From Bacilli bacterium (GTDB taxonomy: Bacteria; Bacillota_I; Bacilli_A; RFN20; CAG-826), in the NCBI GenBank assembly GCA_017540455.1, contig JAFYAZ010000010.1:1-54990 (forward strand): DNA of 54,990 bases, given 5' to 3'. The first letter of the stretch is position 1. Each line of letters begins with the position of its first letter. The notes under the pieces are model-generated. The model did no database searches, had not been told where the DNA came from, and saw only the letters and a program-made list of their open reading frames with translations. A program made the position numbers and the translations under genes. This document shows, piece after piece, positions 25,915-35,440 of the stretch.

Positions 25915-27045
25915 ATGCCATTCGATGATGATATCCGTGATTTGGATAACTTCGAACCTGTAGCCAAAATCGTCGTCATCGGCGTCGGCGGAGCAGGAAA
26001 CAACGCGGTCAACCGCATGATCGACGAGAACATCCAGAATGTCGAGTTTTATGTCGTCAACACCGATAAGCAGGCTTTAGCCTCCTCCAAAGCCGCCCAC
26101 AGAATCGTTATCGGCGAAGAGATCACCAAAGGCTTAGGCGCCGGTGGAGACCCAGCGATGGGCAAAGCCGCTGCTGAGGCTTCCAAAGAAACCATTCAGA
26201 AAATCGTCGAAGGAGCCGACATGGTCTTCGTGGCCGCCGGCATGGGCAAGGGTACAGGCACTGGCGCAGCGCCTGTCATCGCCCGCATCGCGAAAGACGC
26301 CGGCTGCTTAACCGTCGCCATCGTCACCCGCCCATTCACCTTCGAAGGACCAAAACGCATTGAGAACAGCGTCCAAGGCCTTAACGCTTTGAAAGACGCC
26401 GTCGACTCAATCATCATCGTCAGCAATGACAAGCTCCTTATGTCGGCTGGAAACGCCCCAATCAATATGGCCTTCAGCGAAAGTGACGCCATCCTTTGCC
26501 AATCGGTCAGGACCGTCGCCGACCTCATCCTTGTCCCAGCTCAGATGAACTTAGACTTCGCTGACGTCAAATCGACTCTTAAATCCAGTGGCGTCGCCCT
26601 TATCGGATATGGCATCGGCAAAGGTGCCAAGAAAGCCGAAGAAGCCGCTGATAATGCGATCAATTCTCCTCTTCTTGAGACTTCGATCTCTGGCGCAAGA
26701 CGCGCTATCTGCGCCGTCACCTGTGGCAGCAACGTCACCCTTTACGAAGCTCAGGAATGCGTCAACAGAATCAACGCCCAGGCTGGTGGGGCCATCGACA
26801 TCAAGTTCGGTGTCTCGATCAACCCAAATATCGATGACACCATCGTCGTTTCGGTTATCGCGAGCGACTTCACCGAGGAATTCGATTTCAGCAACACCCC
26901 GAAATTCGTCGCTCCATCGAAAGAAGAACTCGGAAGCGGAATCAATGAGCCAGTCAAACCTGTCGAGTCCGCGCCTCACGATGAGAAAGAGGACGAAGGC
27001 GGCATCGCTGACGACATCCTTCCTAACTTCCTTAAGGACGAATAA
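25915..27045 (+). CDS. ftsZ: cell division protein FtsZ
   Basis: GVGGAGNNAVNRM and the tubulin signature AAGMGKGTGTGAAPV. Acidic C-terminal tail. Confidence 0.97.
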   Translation: MPFDDDIRDLDNFEPVAKIVVIGVGGAGNNAVNRMIDENIQNVEFYVVNTDKQALASSKAAHRIVIGEEITKGLGAGGDPAMGKAAAEASKETIQKIVEGADMVFVAAGMGKGTGTGAAPVIARIAKDAGCLTVAIVTRPFTFEGPKRIENSVQGLNALKDAVDSIIIVSNDKLLMSAGNAPINMAFSESDAILCQSVRTVADLILVPAQMNLDFADVKSTLKSSGVALIGYGIGKGAKKAEEAADNAINSPLLETSISGARRAICAVTCGSNVTLYEAQECVNRINAQAGGAIDIKFGVSINPNIDDTIVVSVIASDFTEEFDFSNTPKFVAPSKEELGSGINEPVKPVESAPHDEKEDEGGIADDILPNFLKDE

Positions 27046-27064
27046 GGACATAGTTTAGAAGCAT

Positions 27065-27092
27065 AACCGGGCTCAAATGGGCTCGGTTTTTC
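27065..27092 (+). terminator. Rho-independent terminator after ftsZ
   Basis: ACCGGGC / GCTCGGT stem (one G-U pair), 7-nt loop, then TTTTTCTTT. Confidence 0.65.
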
Positions 27093-27112
27093 TTTAACTT
27101 CTTTGAAGTTCC

Positions 27113-27141
27113 TTGCAAAAGGCGGGTGCTTCCTTTATAGT
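27113..27141 (+). promoter_or_regulatory. sigma-70-type promoter for ileS leader
   Basis: TTGCAA - 17 nt - TATAGT. Confidence 0.55.
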
Positions 27142-27147
27142 GTCCTC

Positions 27148-27356
27148 GGCTAGGATGATAGAGCGGACAAGCGCACCCTACAGAGAGCCTCCTGGATGAG
27201 AACGAGGCACCGCGCAAGCCCCATCACTATCGGAGCCATCCTTCTGAAATAGTAGTAGGAAGGACGTCACCCTAACGTTACCTAGGGACTTGAGTGCGAT
27301 TAATCGAACTAAGGTGGTACCACGCGGAATGCGCCCTTAGATGGGCGTTTTTTATT
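27148..27356 (+). promoter_or_regulatory. T-box leader (Ile specifier) upstream of ileS
   Basis: CAGAGAGCC, GGATGAG, AGTAGTA and AACGTTACC boxes. ATC codons at 27223 and 27229. T-box AAGGTGGTACCACGCGG at ~27311..27327. Terminator GCGCCCTTAGATGGGCGTTTTTT. Confidence 0.9.
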
Positions 27357-27376
27357 TCTTGAAAGGAGAGATCCAT

Positions 27377-30100
27377 ATGAGCGAACTCAAAGACACATTG
27401 CTTATGCCTAACACCGGTTTTGAGATGAGAGGAAACCTCACCATCAAAGAGCCGAAGATGATCGAAAAGTGGCATGAGATGAACCTTTACGAAAAGATGA
27501 ACCAGAATCGAGAGGGTTGCGAAGAATACCTTCTCCATGATGGCCCTCCATACGCCAACGGCGACATTCACTGCGGCCACATGCTCAACAGGCTCCTCAA
27601 GGATTTCACCGTCCGTTACAAGAACATGAAAGGCTACAAGACCCCATTCGTCTTCGGATGGGACACGCACGGCCTTCCAATCGAGGTCAGAGTCACCAAA
27701 TCCGGCGTTAACCGCAAAGCGATGTCCGTCGCTGATTTCCGCGATCATTGCAAGAACTACGCCTATGAGCAGGTTGCTAGACAAAAAGGTCAGATCAAGC
27801 GCCTTGGCTGCTTAGGCGACTATGATCATCCATACCTCACTTTGATGCCAGAATACGAAGCCCGTCAGATCGATGTCTTCGCCGCGATGGCCCTTAGAGG
27901 CATCATCTACAAAGGCCTCAAGCCAGTTTACTGGTCCCCATCCAGCGAGTCCGCTCTTGCCGAAGCTGAGGTCGAATACCAAGACGTCACCGCAAGAACC
28001 TTATACATCGCTTTCGATGTCCTCGATGGCAAAGACAAACTCCCAGAAGGCTCCAAAGTCATCATCTGGACAACGACCCCATGGACCATCCCTCATAACA
28101 AGGCGATCGCCCTCAACCCAAAATTCGAATACGGCTTATATGAGACCGAAAAAGGAACCTTCCTTTTCTGCTCATCCCTTTTAGAGAAAGTCAAAGAGAC
28201 CCTTGAGTTCAAAGAGGCCAAGCTCCTTAAGACCTTCCATGGCCAGGACCTTGAGAACCTCACCGTCAAGCATCCTCTTTATGATCGTTCCTCATTAATC
28301 ATCAACGCTTCATATGTCACCGCCGAAGACGGCACCGGCTGCGTCCACATCGCGCCTGACTTCGGTACCGATGACTTCAACGCCTGTCTCAAATACAACA
28401 TCCGCCCAACTTGCCCAATCGACGAGAAAGGCGTTGTCCATATGGAAGAAAATGACCCAATCAACGGCCTTTTCTACGCTGACAGCGACGCAGTCGTCAT
28501 CGACCTTTTAACCAAGAACGGTCATCTCCTCAAAGAGATCGACATCGTCCATAGCTACCCACACGACTGGAGAACCCATAAGCCAGTCATCTTTAGAGCG
28601 ACCCCACAATGGTTCTGCTCCATCGAGCCAATCAGAAAAGAGCTCCTTGAGGCCGTTCACCAGATTAAATGGGAACCAGCCTGGGGTGAAGAGAAGATGG
28701 TCAATATGATCAAAGACCGCGCTGACTGGTGCATCTCCCGTCAACGTTCCTGGGGCGTCCCTCTCCCAATCATCTATAACGAGGACGATTCCCCAATCAT
28801 CGAGAAGGAAGTCTTCGACCATATCAGAGAAATCATCGCCAAAGAAGGCTCAAACGGCTGGTTCAACCATGATGTCAAAGAGCTTCTCCCAGAAGGATAT
28901 AAGAACGAGAAATCGCCAAATGGCAATTTCCGCAAAGAGACCGACATCATGGATGTTTGGTTCGATTCCGGCTCTTCCTGGAACGGCGTCCTCAACGAAA
29001 GAGGCCTTTCCTATCCATCAGACCTTTATCTTGAAGGCAACGACCAGTATCGTGGCTGGTTCAATGCCTCCCTCATCTTAAGCGTCGCCTATAGCGGCAA
29101 AGCCCCATTCAAGACCTGCCTTACCCATGGTTGGGTCATGGATGAGAATTGGCAAAAGATGTCCAAATCCGCCGGAAACGGCATCGATCCTAGCAAAGTC
29201 GCGAACACTTCAGGCGCTGATTTGCTTCGTTTATGGGCTTCTAGCGTCAACTTCGAAGCCGACGTTGCCATCAGCGAATCCATCATCAAGACCATCGCTG
29301 ACCAATATAGAAAGATCAGAAACACCTTCAAGTTCATGCTTGGTAACCTCCAAGATGGTGCCGATAAGCCATATATCCCAGGCGAAAAGCCAGCTTTATG
29401 GCCGGTCGACAATTGGATCCTCGCTCAGTTTGAGGATGTCAAAAACAGCGTCCTTGCCGCTTATGAGTCCTTCTCATTCAGCAAGGTTCAGATGCTTCTT
29501 ACCAACTTTATGGTCGATCTCTCGAGCTTCTACCTCGATATGACCAAGGACATCATGTACTGTGAGAAAGCCTCTTCCCCAAGAAGAAAGGCCGTCCAGT
29601 ATGTCCTTTATAAGCTAACCAAAGAGCTTTGCTTGCTCTTCAACCCAATCCTCAGCTTCACCATGGATGAGGTCTATAGCTATCTCCCAGGCGAGAAGAA
29701 AGCCTCTCCTCAGCTTGAAGATATGCCTTCCGAAACCCATGAATATGGCAAAGAAGACAAAGAGATGTATGCGAAGTTCAAAGATCTTAGAACCATTGCT
29801 CTCAAAGCCCTCGAAAACAAGAGAAATGAAGGACTCATCGGTTCTTCTCTCGAAGCTGAGCTTGAAATCGTCACCTCTGACAAAGATCTTTATGAGACCC
29901 TCTCCAAGCTCGAGAAGGACGAGCTCGCCCGTTATTTCGGCGTCAGTGAGGCCGAGATTGAATTAGGCGATGCCGATTCCGTCTCCGTCAAGAAAGACGA
30001 GCACGAGGTTTGCGAACGCTGCAGAATTGCTAAAATTGATGTTAAAGAAAGGGGTAATGGCCATCATCTTTGCGATAGATGTGCCAAAGCCATCGAATAA
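27377..30100 (+). CDS. ileS: isoleucine--tRNA ligase
   Basis: HIGH (PPYANGDIHCGH) and KMSKS (KMSKSAGN) motifs, and a C-terminal Zn motif (CERC...CDRC). Start at ATG 27377 after a GGAGAG SD. The track start at 27341 reads into the T-box terminator. Confidence 0.95.
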   Translation: MSELKDTLLMPNTGFEMRGNLTIKEPKMIEKWHEMNLYEKMNQNREGCEEYLLHDGPPYANGDIHCGHMLNRLLKDFTVRYKNMKGYKTPFVFGWDTHGLPIEVRVTKSGVNRKAMSVADFRDHCKNYAYEQVARQKGQIKRLGCLGDYDHPYLTLMPEYEARQIDVFAAMALRGIIYKGLKPVYWSPSSESALAEAEVEYQDVTARTLYIAFDVLDGKDKLPEGSKVIIWTTTPWTIPHNKAIALNPKFEYGLYETEKGTFLFCSSLLEKVKETLEFKEAKLLKTFHGQDLENLTVKHPLYDRSSLIINASYVTAEDGTGCVHIAPDFGTDDFNACLKYNIRPTCPIDEKGVVHMEENDPINGLFYADSDAVVIDLLTKNGHLLKEIDIVHSYPHDWRTHKPVIFRATPQWFCSIEPIRKELLEAVHQIKWEPAWGEEKMVNMIKDRADWCISRQRSWGVPLPIIYNEDDSPIIEKEVFDHIREIIAKEGSNGWFNHDVKELLPEGYKNEKSPNGNFRKETDIMDVWFDSGSSWNGVLNERGLSYPSDLYLEGNDQYRGWFNASLILSVAYSGKAPFKTCLTHGWVMDENWQKMSKSAGNGIDPSKVANTSGADLLRLWASSVNFEADVAISESIIKTIADQYRKIRNTFKFMLGNLQDGADKPYIPGEKPALWPVDNWILAQFEDVKNSVLAAYESFSFSKVQMLLTNFMVDLSSFYLDMTKDIMYCEKASSPRRKAVQYVLYKLTKELCLLFNPILSFTMDEVYSYLPGEKKASPQLEDMPSETHEYGKEDKEMYAKFKDLRTIALKALENKRNEGLIGSSLEAELEIVTSDKDLYETLSKLEKDELARYFGVSEAEIELGDADSVSVKKDEHEVCERCRIAKIDVKERGNGHHLCDRCAKAIE

Positions 30101-30729
30101 TGGAAGAAGAAATCAAGGTCGAAACCCCCGTTGAAACGGAGAAAAAGCCCCTTTTTGAGAAGAAAGAGGCTAAGTTTGAGTGGAACCTCAAGAATATCTT
30201 TTTCTCATTCCTCTGGCTCGCTCCATTGCTCATCATCATCGACCAAGTCACAAAATGGGCGGTGGTGAACGCCTTCAATAAGCAAGCAGGACCAGAATCG
30301 AGCTTTGTCGTTATCCCTAACTTCTTCACGATTAAGCTTCAATACAACACAGGCTCATCATTCAGCCTTGGAGCCAATATCCCATGGATGAGATTCGTCT
30401 TTATTGCCATCTCCTGGATCGCAAGCGCCGGAATTGTCTTCTACTGGATCAAATATCTTAAGAAAAAAGATGCTTTGATTGACGTTGTTTTCGCACTCTG
30501 TTTGGCAGGCGCTTTAGGCAATGCCATCGACCGTACTTTCTACTGGGAACCAGTGGTGGGATTCAGTGGTGTCGTCGATTTCCTGTCCTTCAGATTATTC
30601 GGTTTCTATGATTTCGCAGTCTTCAACGTCGCCGATGCCTGTTTGGTGGTTGGAGTCCTTATGTTCGTCATCATCGTGATCGTCAGGGACATCCTTGAAG
30701 CAAAGAGGAAAAACGCTAATAATGGCTAA
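30100..30729 (+). CDS. lspA: lipoprotein signal peptidase II
   Basis: NTGSSFSLG, GNAIDR and FNVADACLVVG motifs. The ATG overlaps the ileS TAA by 1 nt. Confidence 0.9.
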   Translation: MEEEIKVETPVETEKKPLFEKKEAKFEWNLKNIFFSFLWLAPLLIIIDQVTKWAVVNAFNKQAGPESSFVVIPNFFTIKLQYNTGSSFSLGANIPWMRFVFIAISWIASAGIVFYWIKYLKKKDALIDVVFALCLAGALGNAIDRTFYWEPVVGFSGVVDFLSFRLFGFYDFAVFNVADACLVVGVLMFVIIVIVRDILEAKRKNANNG

Positions 30730-31633
30730 GCTTGTCATTGATGAAAAACTTGTTGGTAAGAGGCTTGATGAAGCTCTTTTCAGCAGTGGGGCAGCTCCGT
30801 CAAGAAGTAAGGTTCAGGCCTTAATCAAGGATGGCGCTGTTTTGGTCAATGATAAGGTGGAAACCTCACACTACAAGGTAAGACTTGCCGATATTATAAT
30901 TTACCAAGAATATACTAATAAACCACTAGAGGTGGAAGGGCAGGACATCCCTCTAAACGTCGTTTATGAGGACGATGACCTCCTTGTGATCAATAAGCCA
31001 GCCGGCCTTGTTGTTCATCCGGGCAACGGTCACTCTGACGGCACACTCGTCAACGCCCTTAAGTTCCATGAGGACAAGTTAGCCAATGACGATGATCCAG
31101 TCAGACCTGGTCTTGTCCATCGTATTGATAAGGATACTTCCGGGTTGTTGGTCGTCGCTAAGAACGATGCTGCTCTTGAGTATCTCTCATCTCAACTCTC
31201 TGACCATACCATGCACCGTGAGTATATGGCCTTAGTCATGGGTTTGATTGACGAAGAAGATGGAAAGATTGATGCACCTATCGGCAGAGACCCAAAAAGT
31301 CCAACCAAGTTTGCTGTAAATACCCATAATGGACGTGAGGCTATCACATTTTTCCATGTCGAAAAGCGTTTCAAAGAGAATTTGACCCTTGTGTCTTGCC
31401 GTCTCTTGACTGGCAGAACCCATCAAATCAGGGTTCATCTTGATTACATTCATCATCCTCTTGTCGGCGATCCTCTATATGGCGCGGGCAATGAGAACGT
31501 ATACAAAAAAGGGCAGCTATTGCATGCCTACCGTTTGACTTTCCTCCATCCGAGGACCCATGAAGAGATGAGTTTTGAGGCTCCTCTTCCGGATTATTTC
31601 TCTGAATTGCTCTCGACTTTACACGAAAAATAG
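30722..31633 (+). CDS. rluD: RluA-family 23S rRNA pseudouridine synthase
   Basis: N-terminal S4 domain and the catalytic motif HRIDKDTSGLLVVAKN. The ileS-lspA-rluD order matches Bacillus. Confidence 0.9.
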   Translation: MAKLVIDEKLVGKRLDEALFSSGAAPSRSKVQALIKDGAVLVNDKVETSHYKVRLADIIIYQEYTNKPLEVEGQDIPLNVVYEDDDLLVINKPAGLVVHPGNGHSDGTLVNALKFHEDKLANDDDPVRPGLVHRIDKDTSGLLVVAKNDAALEYLSSQLSDHTMHREYMALVMGLIDEEDGKIDAPIGRDPKSPTKFAVNTHNGREAITFFHVEKRFKENLTLVSCRLLTGRTHQIRVHLDYIHHPLVGDPLYGAGNENVYKKGQLLHAYRLTFLHPRTHEEMSFEAPLPDYFSELLSTLHEK

Positions 31634-31637
31634 AGGA

Positions 31638-32555
31638 TTAATCGAGTTTCTTATAGTTGGCGAAGTTGATCTTCGCCACTTTTTTAAGTTCGTCTTTTCC
31701 GAACTTCTTGATGAACTTTTTAGCAAATGTCGTTACGGCTTCGCTAGCCCCGAACGGGAACTCAACGCTGTATTTCTTGTTCATCTCAGCCATGTTTCTT
31801 AAGAAAGAGTAGCGTGCGATGACGCTTCCTAAGGCCACGCTTGGGAAAAGCTTCTCACCTTTGGTTGAGAAAATGATTCCTTCTGCGACTTCGGATTCGT
31901 CTTTCAGATAGTTGTAATAGTTCTTGGGTTCAGCGAACTGATCCTGATAAATAGCGGCGCCATGGTGCTTTTTGAGGAGGTTGAGGACGGCGCGGTTATG
32001 CATCTTGGCCTTAATCGCGTTCATATTCATTTCGTCATGTACTTCGTTGTATTTCTCGTTTGGAAGAGCGAGTTGGCTGTAGTCAAATCTTTTGATGAGC
32101 TTTGGTCCAATCTCGAGGATGTATTCATCGGTCATTAATTTGCTGTCGGTGATGCCCAAAGCCTCAATGTCTTTGAGATCATCGCTTGTGACATAGGCAG
32201 CGCAAACGCAGATAGGGCCGAAGAAATCTCCGGTGCCGACTTCGTCTGAACCGATTTGTGGATAGACATTAATTATCTTTTTGGAAAGAGGGCTAGCAGG
32301 GGCTTTTGGGGAAGAGCCTTTCGCGTCTTTGTCCCAAAGCCGGACTTCATTTTCCGCGTTAGGGCCTTGGAAGACGACTTTCACATGGCCTTTCTTGTTT
32401 TTCTTGTAGATGGCCACTGACAAACCTTCGGCCTGATAAAAGAGGTCGATGTACTCGTTTGGGCTATCTCCGGCCATATCGCCATAAAAGGAACGCATTT
32501 TGTTAAGCGTTTCCTCGTTTGGCTCGATGCTATATACCTTAACCGGCATTTTCAT
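31638..32555 (-). CDS. rnhC: ribonuclease HIII
   Basis: N-terminal RNase HIII-specific domain and catalytic IGSDEVGTGDFFGP. GGAGGA SD. Confidence 0.9.
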   Translation of the reverse strand: MKMPVKVYSIEPNEETLNKMRSFYGDMAGDSPNEYIDLFYQAEGLSVAIYKKNKKGHVKVVFQGPNAENEVRLWDKDAKGSSPKAPASPLSKKIINVYPQIGSDEVGTGDFFGPICVCAAYVTSDDLKDIEALGITDSKLMTDEYILEIGPKLIKRFDYSQLALPNEKYNEVHDEMNMNAIKAKMHNRAVLNLLKKHHGAAIYQDQFAEPKNYYNYLKDESEVAEGIIFSTKGEKLFPSVALGSVIARYSFLRNMAEMNKKYSVEFPFGASEAVTTFAKKFIKKFGKDELKKVAKINFANYKKLD

Positions 32556-32639
32556 ATTATTGATTTTACCCTTTCCTCCTCTCTTTAATCACCATATTTC
32601 GTCTCTTTGGGGCTTTTTTGTTGTTTTTGGGTGAGAGGT

Positions 32640-32645
32640 TATAAT
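32640..32645 (+). promoter_or_regulatory. -10 box TATAAT located 6 nt before the CBS-gene ATG (leaderless architecture)
   Basis: TATAAT-AAGAGC-ATG, with no SD. TTGTTG -35-like hexamer 16 nt upstream. Confidence 0.5.
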
Positions 32646-32651
32646 AAGAGC

Positions 32652-33068
32652 ATGATCAAAACAAACTTGCTATTCCTTCTTAAACCGAAGGCTGACCTGG
32701 TCTATCTTTTCGACGATTGCACTCTCCGTCAGGCGATGGAGAAGATGAAAGCGCATCGTTATAGCGTAGTTCCTGTCATCAACCATGAAGGCAAATACGT
32801 TAGGACCATCAGCGAAGGTGATCTTTTAGCCTATTTCATCGACCACAAGCTTGATTTTGAGGAGTCTGACAAGGTCATTTTGAGCGATGTTCCTAGCTAT
32901 AGACCGTACGCTTTAGGGGCAATATCCGCTGAACCAAAGGACATTATCGACCTCATCATGGGCCAGAACTTTGTTCCTTTAGCCGATGACCAAGGCACCT
33001 TTATCGGCATCGTCACGAGACAAGCCGTCATGAGGGCTTTTATCAACAACGAGAACGCAGCCCAGTAG
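32652..33068 (+). CDS. CBS-pair domain protein
   Basis: 138 aa with two CBS-like repeats (YSVVPVINHEGKYVRTISEGDLL; FVPLADDQGTFIGIVTRQAVM). Start taken at ATG 32652, not the upstream TTG of the track. Confidence 0.75.
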   Translation: MIKTNLLFLLKPKADLVYLFDDCTLRQAMEKMKAHRYSVVPVINHEGKYVRTISEGDLLAYFIDHKLDFEESDKVILSDVPSYRPYALGAISAEPKDIIDLIMGQNFVPLADDQGTFIGIVTRQAVMRAFINNENAAQ

Positions 33069-33108
33069 CGAAACTTAATTAACCGAATCCAACAACCTTG
33101 CGTATAGG

Positions 33109-33117
33109 TGATATAAT
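33109..33117 (+). promoter_or_regulatory. extended -10 promoter TGATATAAT, 6 nt before the mutS2 ATG (leaderless architecture)
   Basis: TGnTATAAT consensus at 33109..33117, then CACCAT, then the ATG at 33124. No SD. Confidence 0.5.
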
Positions 33118-33123
33118 CACCAT

Positions 33124-35436
33124 ATGCAAAACGCTTACGAAAAATTCGAATTTGATAAGGTAACTGAAAAGCTTGCCTCTTATACACGCACCGAGGGCGG
33201 AAAGCACAAAGCCCTCTCTTTGAGGATGTTCGATAACTCGATCGCCCTTGAAAGAGAACTTGCCTTCACCCAAGAGATGATGGACATCTTAGACCGCTTT
33301 GGAAACCTTCCAATCACCGTGTCTAGCGACCTTTCCAAGGCCATCGACTTAGCCAAGAAAGGCGGAGTCCTTGGTATCACCGAGCTTGAGAGAGTTGCCT
33401 CTGATATCCTCCTCCAAGCCGCTTTGAGACATTACTTCAAACAAGTGGACAGCTCTCCTCTTTTGCTCGAGTACGTCTCACATTTCCCAGATATCTCAAA
33501 CGTCGAGAAAGAGATTCATAGGGTAATTGCCCCAGATCTCACTATCTTTGATAACGCCTCACCAAAACTCAGCACCGTCCGTCACGCGATGAGACGACTT
33601 GAGAACGAGATGAAGAAGAAACTCAATTCCATCCTTGAGGCCAACAAAGAGTGGCTTAGTGATTACACATTGACCCTCAAGAACGGCCATTACGTCCTTC
33701 CTGTCGCCAATTCATACAAGAGCAAAGTCCGTGGCATCGTCCAGGATGTCTCCAATAGCGGTGGCACAACGTTCATCGAGCCTGAGATCCTCGTCGAGAT
33801 GAACAATAAGATGGTCGAGCTCCAAAACGATGAGAGGGATGAGATCCATCGCCTCCTTATGGAACTGACTGGCGAAGTCCTCTCCCGCGAAGAGGAAGTC
33901 CTTTTGAGCAACCAGATGATCGCCTACCTCGATTTTTTGATGGCCAAAGGCAACTACGCTCACGAAAATGACGCGCATATCGCCTCCTTATCGAAGAAAT
34001 CAGTCGTTGATATGATGAATGCGAGACACCCTCTTTTAGACAGGAAGAAGGTCGTCCCTAACGATTTCATGCTCGATGAGAAGACCTCACTCATCGTCAT
34101 CTCTGGTCCTAATGCCGGCGGCAAAACCGTCGCCCTCAAAACGATTGGACTTCTTGTCATGATGAACCAATCCGGCTTAGCCCTCCCTTGCGATCAAGGC
34201 GCTGAGCTAGGTTTCTTCCGACATATTTATGTCGATATCGGTGACTCCCAGTCTTTAAGTGATAACCTCTCAACCTTCAGTGGCCATATGAAGAACCTCT
34301 CTGAGATCCTTTCCAACGTCGGAGGCAAAGACCTTGTCCTCCTTGATGAGCTTGGAACCGGAACCTCGCCAAAAGAAGGAGAGGCCATCGCCTATTCCGT
34401 TATCAATTATTTGCTTGAGAAACACGCCATAACTTTGGTGTCGTCTCACTTCGAAGGCCTTAAGGCCTATGCTTTATCGCATCCTGAGGTCACTAATGCC
34501 TCGATGATGTTCGATGAAGAAACATTGACCCCAACCTACAAACTCAAGATGGGTTTGCCAGGCGAATCATACGGCCTTGTCGTTGCCAAACGCTTCGGAG
34601 TTCCTGAAGAGGTCCTTAAGAAAGCCTCCTCATATTTAAGCGAGCACGAAGACCTCTCAGTTAGTGAGGCCATCAAGAAACTAAGCGAAGCAACTCGCCT
34701 CGCCGAAGAAGAGAAAACCAAGCTCGCCATCGAAAGAACCAAAGTGGAAGGGGAAGCCAAAGCCCTCAAGTCCAAAGAGGCCGCTTTAGCTAAGCGCGAA
34801 GAGAATTTCCTTAGCGATGTCGAAGCCAAAAAGAACGCCATGTTAGGCGATTATGAAGAGCAGATGCAGGAGCTCCTTAAGAGCGTCCAGCGTCCTGACG
34901 TCAAACCTCATGAGGTCATCGCAGCGAAAAAGAGACTCGAAGACCTTCAGGAAGAAGCGAAGAAAGAGACCTTCGACGGCCCTCTTTCCGTCGGCGATTA
35001 CGTGGCCATCCCATCCCTCTTCGTCCAAGGACGACTCAAGGAACTTAATGGCAACAAGATCACAATTGTCACCCGCGAAGGCCTCACTCTTCACGCGAAG
35101 AAAGACCAGGCCGTCAGGGTTGAGGAGCCAAAGATCGAAAGAAAAGAGACATCCGCTCTAAGGATCGACGACATCACAAACCGTGCCAGCGTCCCTCTTG
35201 AGCTCAATATCATCGGCCAACATATCGATGAGGCCAAGCTTTCCTTAGAGAAATACATCGATGAATGTCTGCTCCGCCATTACAAGCGAGTCAGGATCAT
35301 CCATGGTTGGGGAAGCGGCGCTCTCCGCAATCTCACAAGAACCTATTGCGACACCCATAAGAACATCGTCGCCTCATACGAAGGGGCGAGCGGCGAAGAA
35401 GGAGGGGGCGGAGCGACCATCGTCCACCTGAAATAA
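33124..35436 (+). CDS. mutS2: endonuclease MutS2 (MutS-family ATPase with C-terminal Smr domain)
   Basis: Walker A GPNAGGKTVALKT, DELGTGTSP, and Smr motif LNIIGQHIDEA...IIHGWGSGALR. Confidence 0.95.
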   Translation: MQNAYEKFEFDKVTEKLASYTRTEGGKHKALSLRMFDNSIALERELAFTQEMMDILDRFGNLPITVSSDLSKAIDLAKKGGVLGITELERVASDILLQAALRHYFKQVDSSPLLLEYVSHFPDISNVEKEIHRVIAPDLTIFDNASPKLSTVRHAMRRLENEMKKKLNSILEANKEWLSDYTLTLKNGHYVLPVANSYKSKVRGIVQDVSNSGGTTFIEPEILVEMNNKMVELQNDERDEIHRLLMELTGEVLSREEEVLLSNQMIAYLDFLMAKGNYAHENDAHIASLSKKSVVDMMNARHPLLDRKKVVPNDFMLDEKTSLIVISGPNAGGKTVALKTIGLLVMMNQSGLALPCDQGAELGFFRHIYVDIGDSQSLSDNLSTFSGHMKNLSEILSNVGGKDLVLLDELGTGTSPKEGEAIAYSVINYLLEKHAITLVSSHFEGLKAYALSHPEVTNASMMFDEETLTPTYKLKMGLPGESYGLVVAKRFGVPEEVLKKASSYLSEHEDLSVSEAIKKLSEATRLAEEEKTKLAIERTKVEGEAKALKSKEAALAKREENFLSDVEAKKNAMLGDYEEQMQELLKSVQRPDVKPHEVIAAKKRLEDLQEEAKKETFDGPLSVGDYVAIPSLFVQGRLKELNGNKITIVTREGLTLHAKKDQAVRVEEPKIERKETSALRIDDITNRASVPLELNIIGQHIDEAKLSLEKYIDECLLRHYKRVRIIHGWGSGALRNLTRTYCDTHKNIVASYEGASGEEGGGGATIVHLK

Positions 35437-35440
35437 GCGG

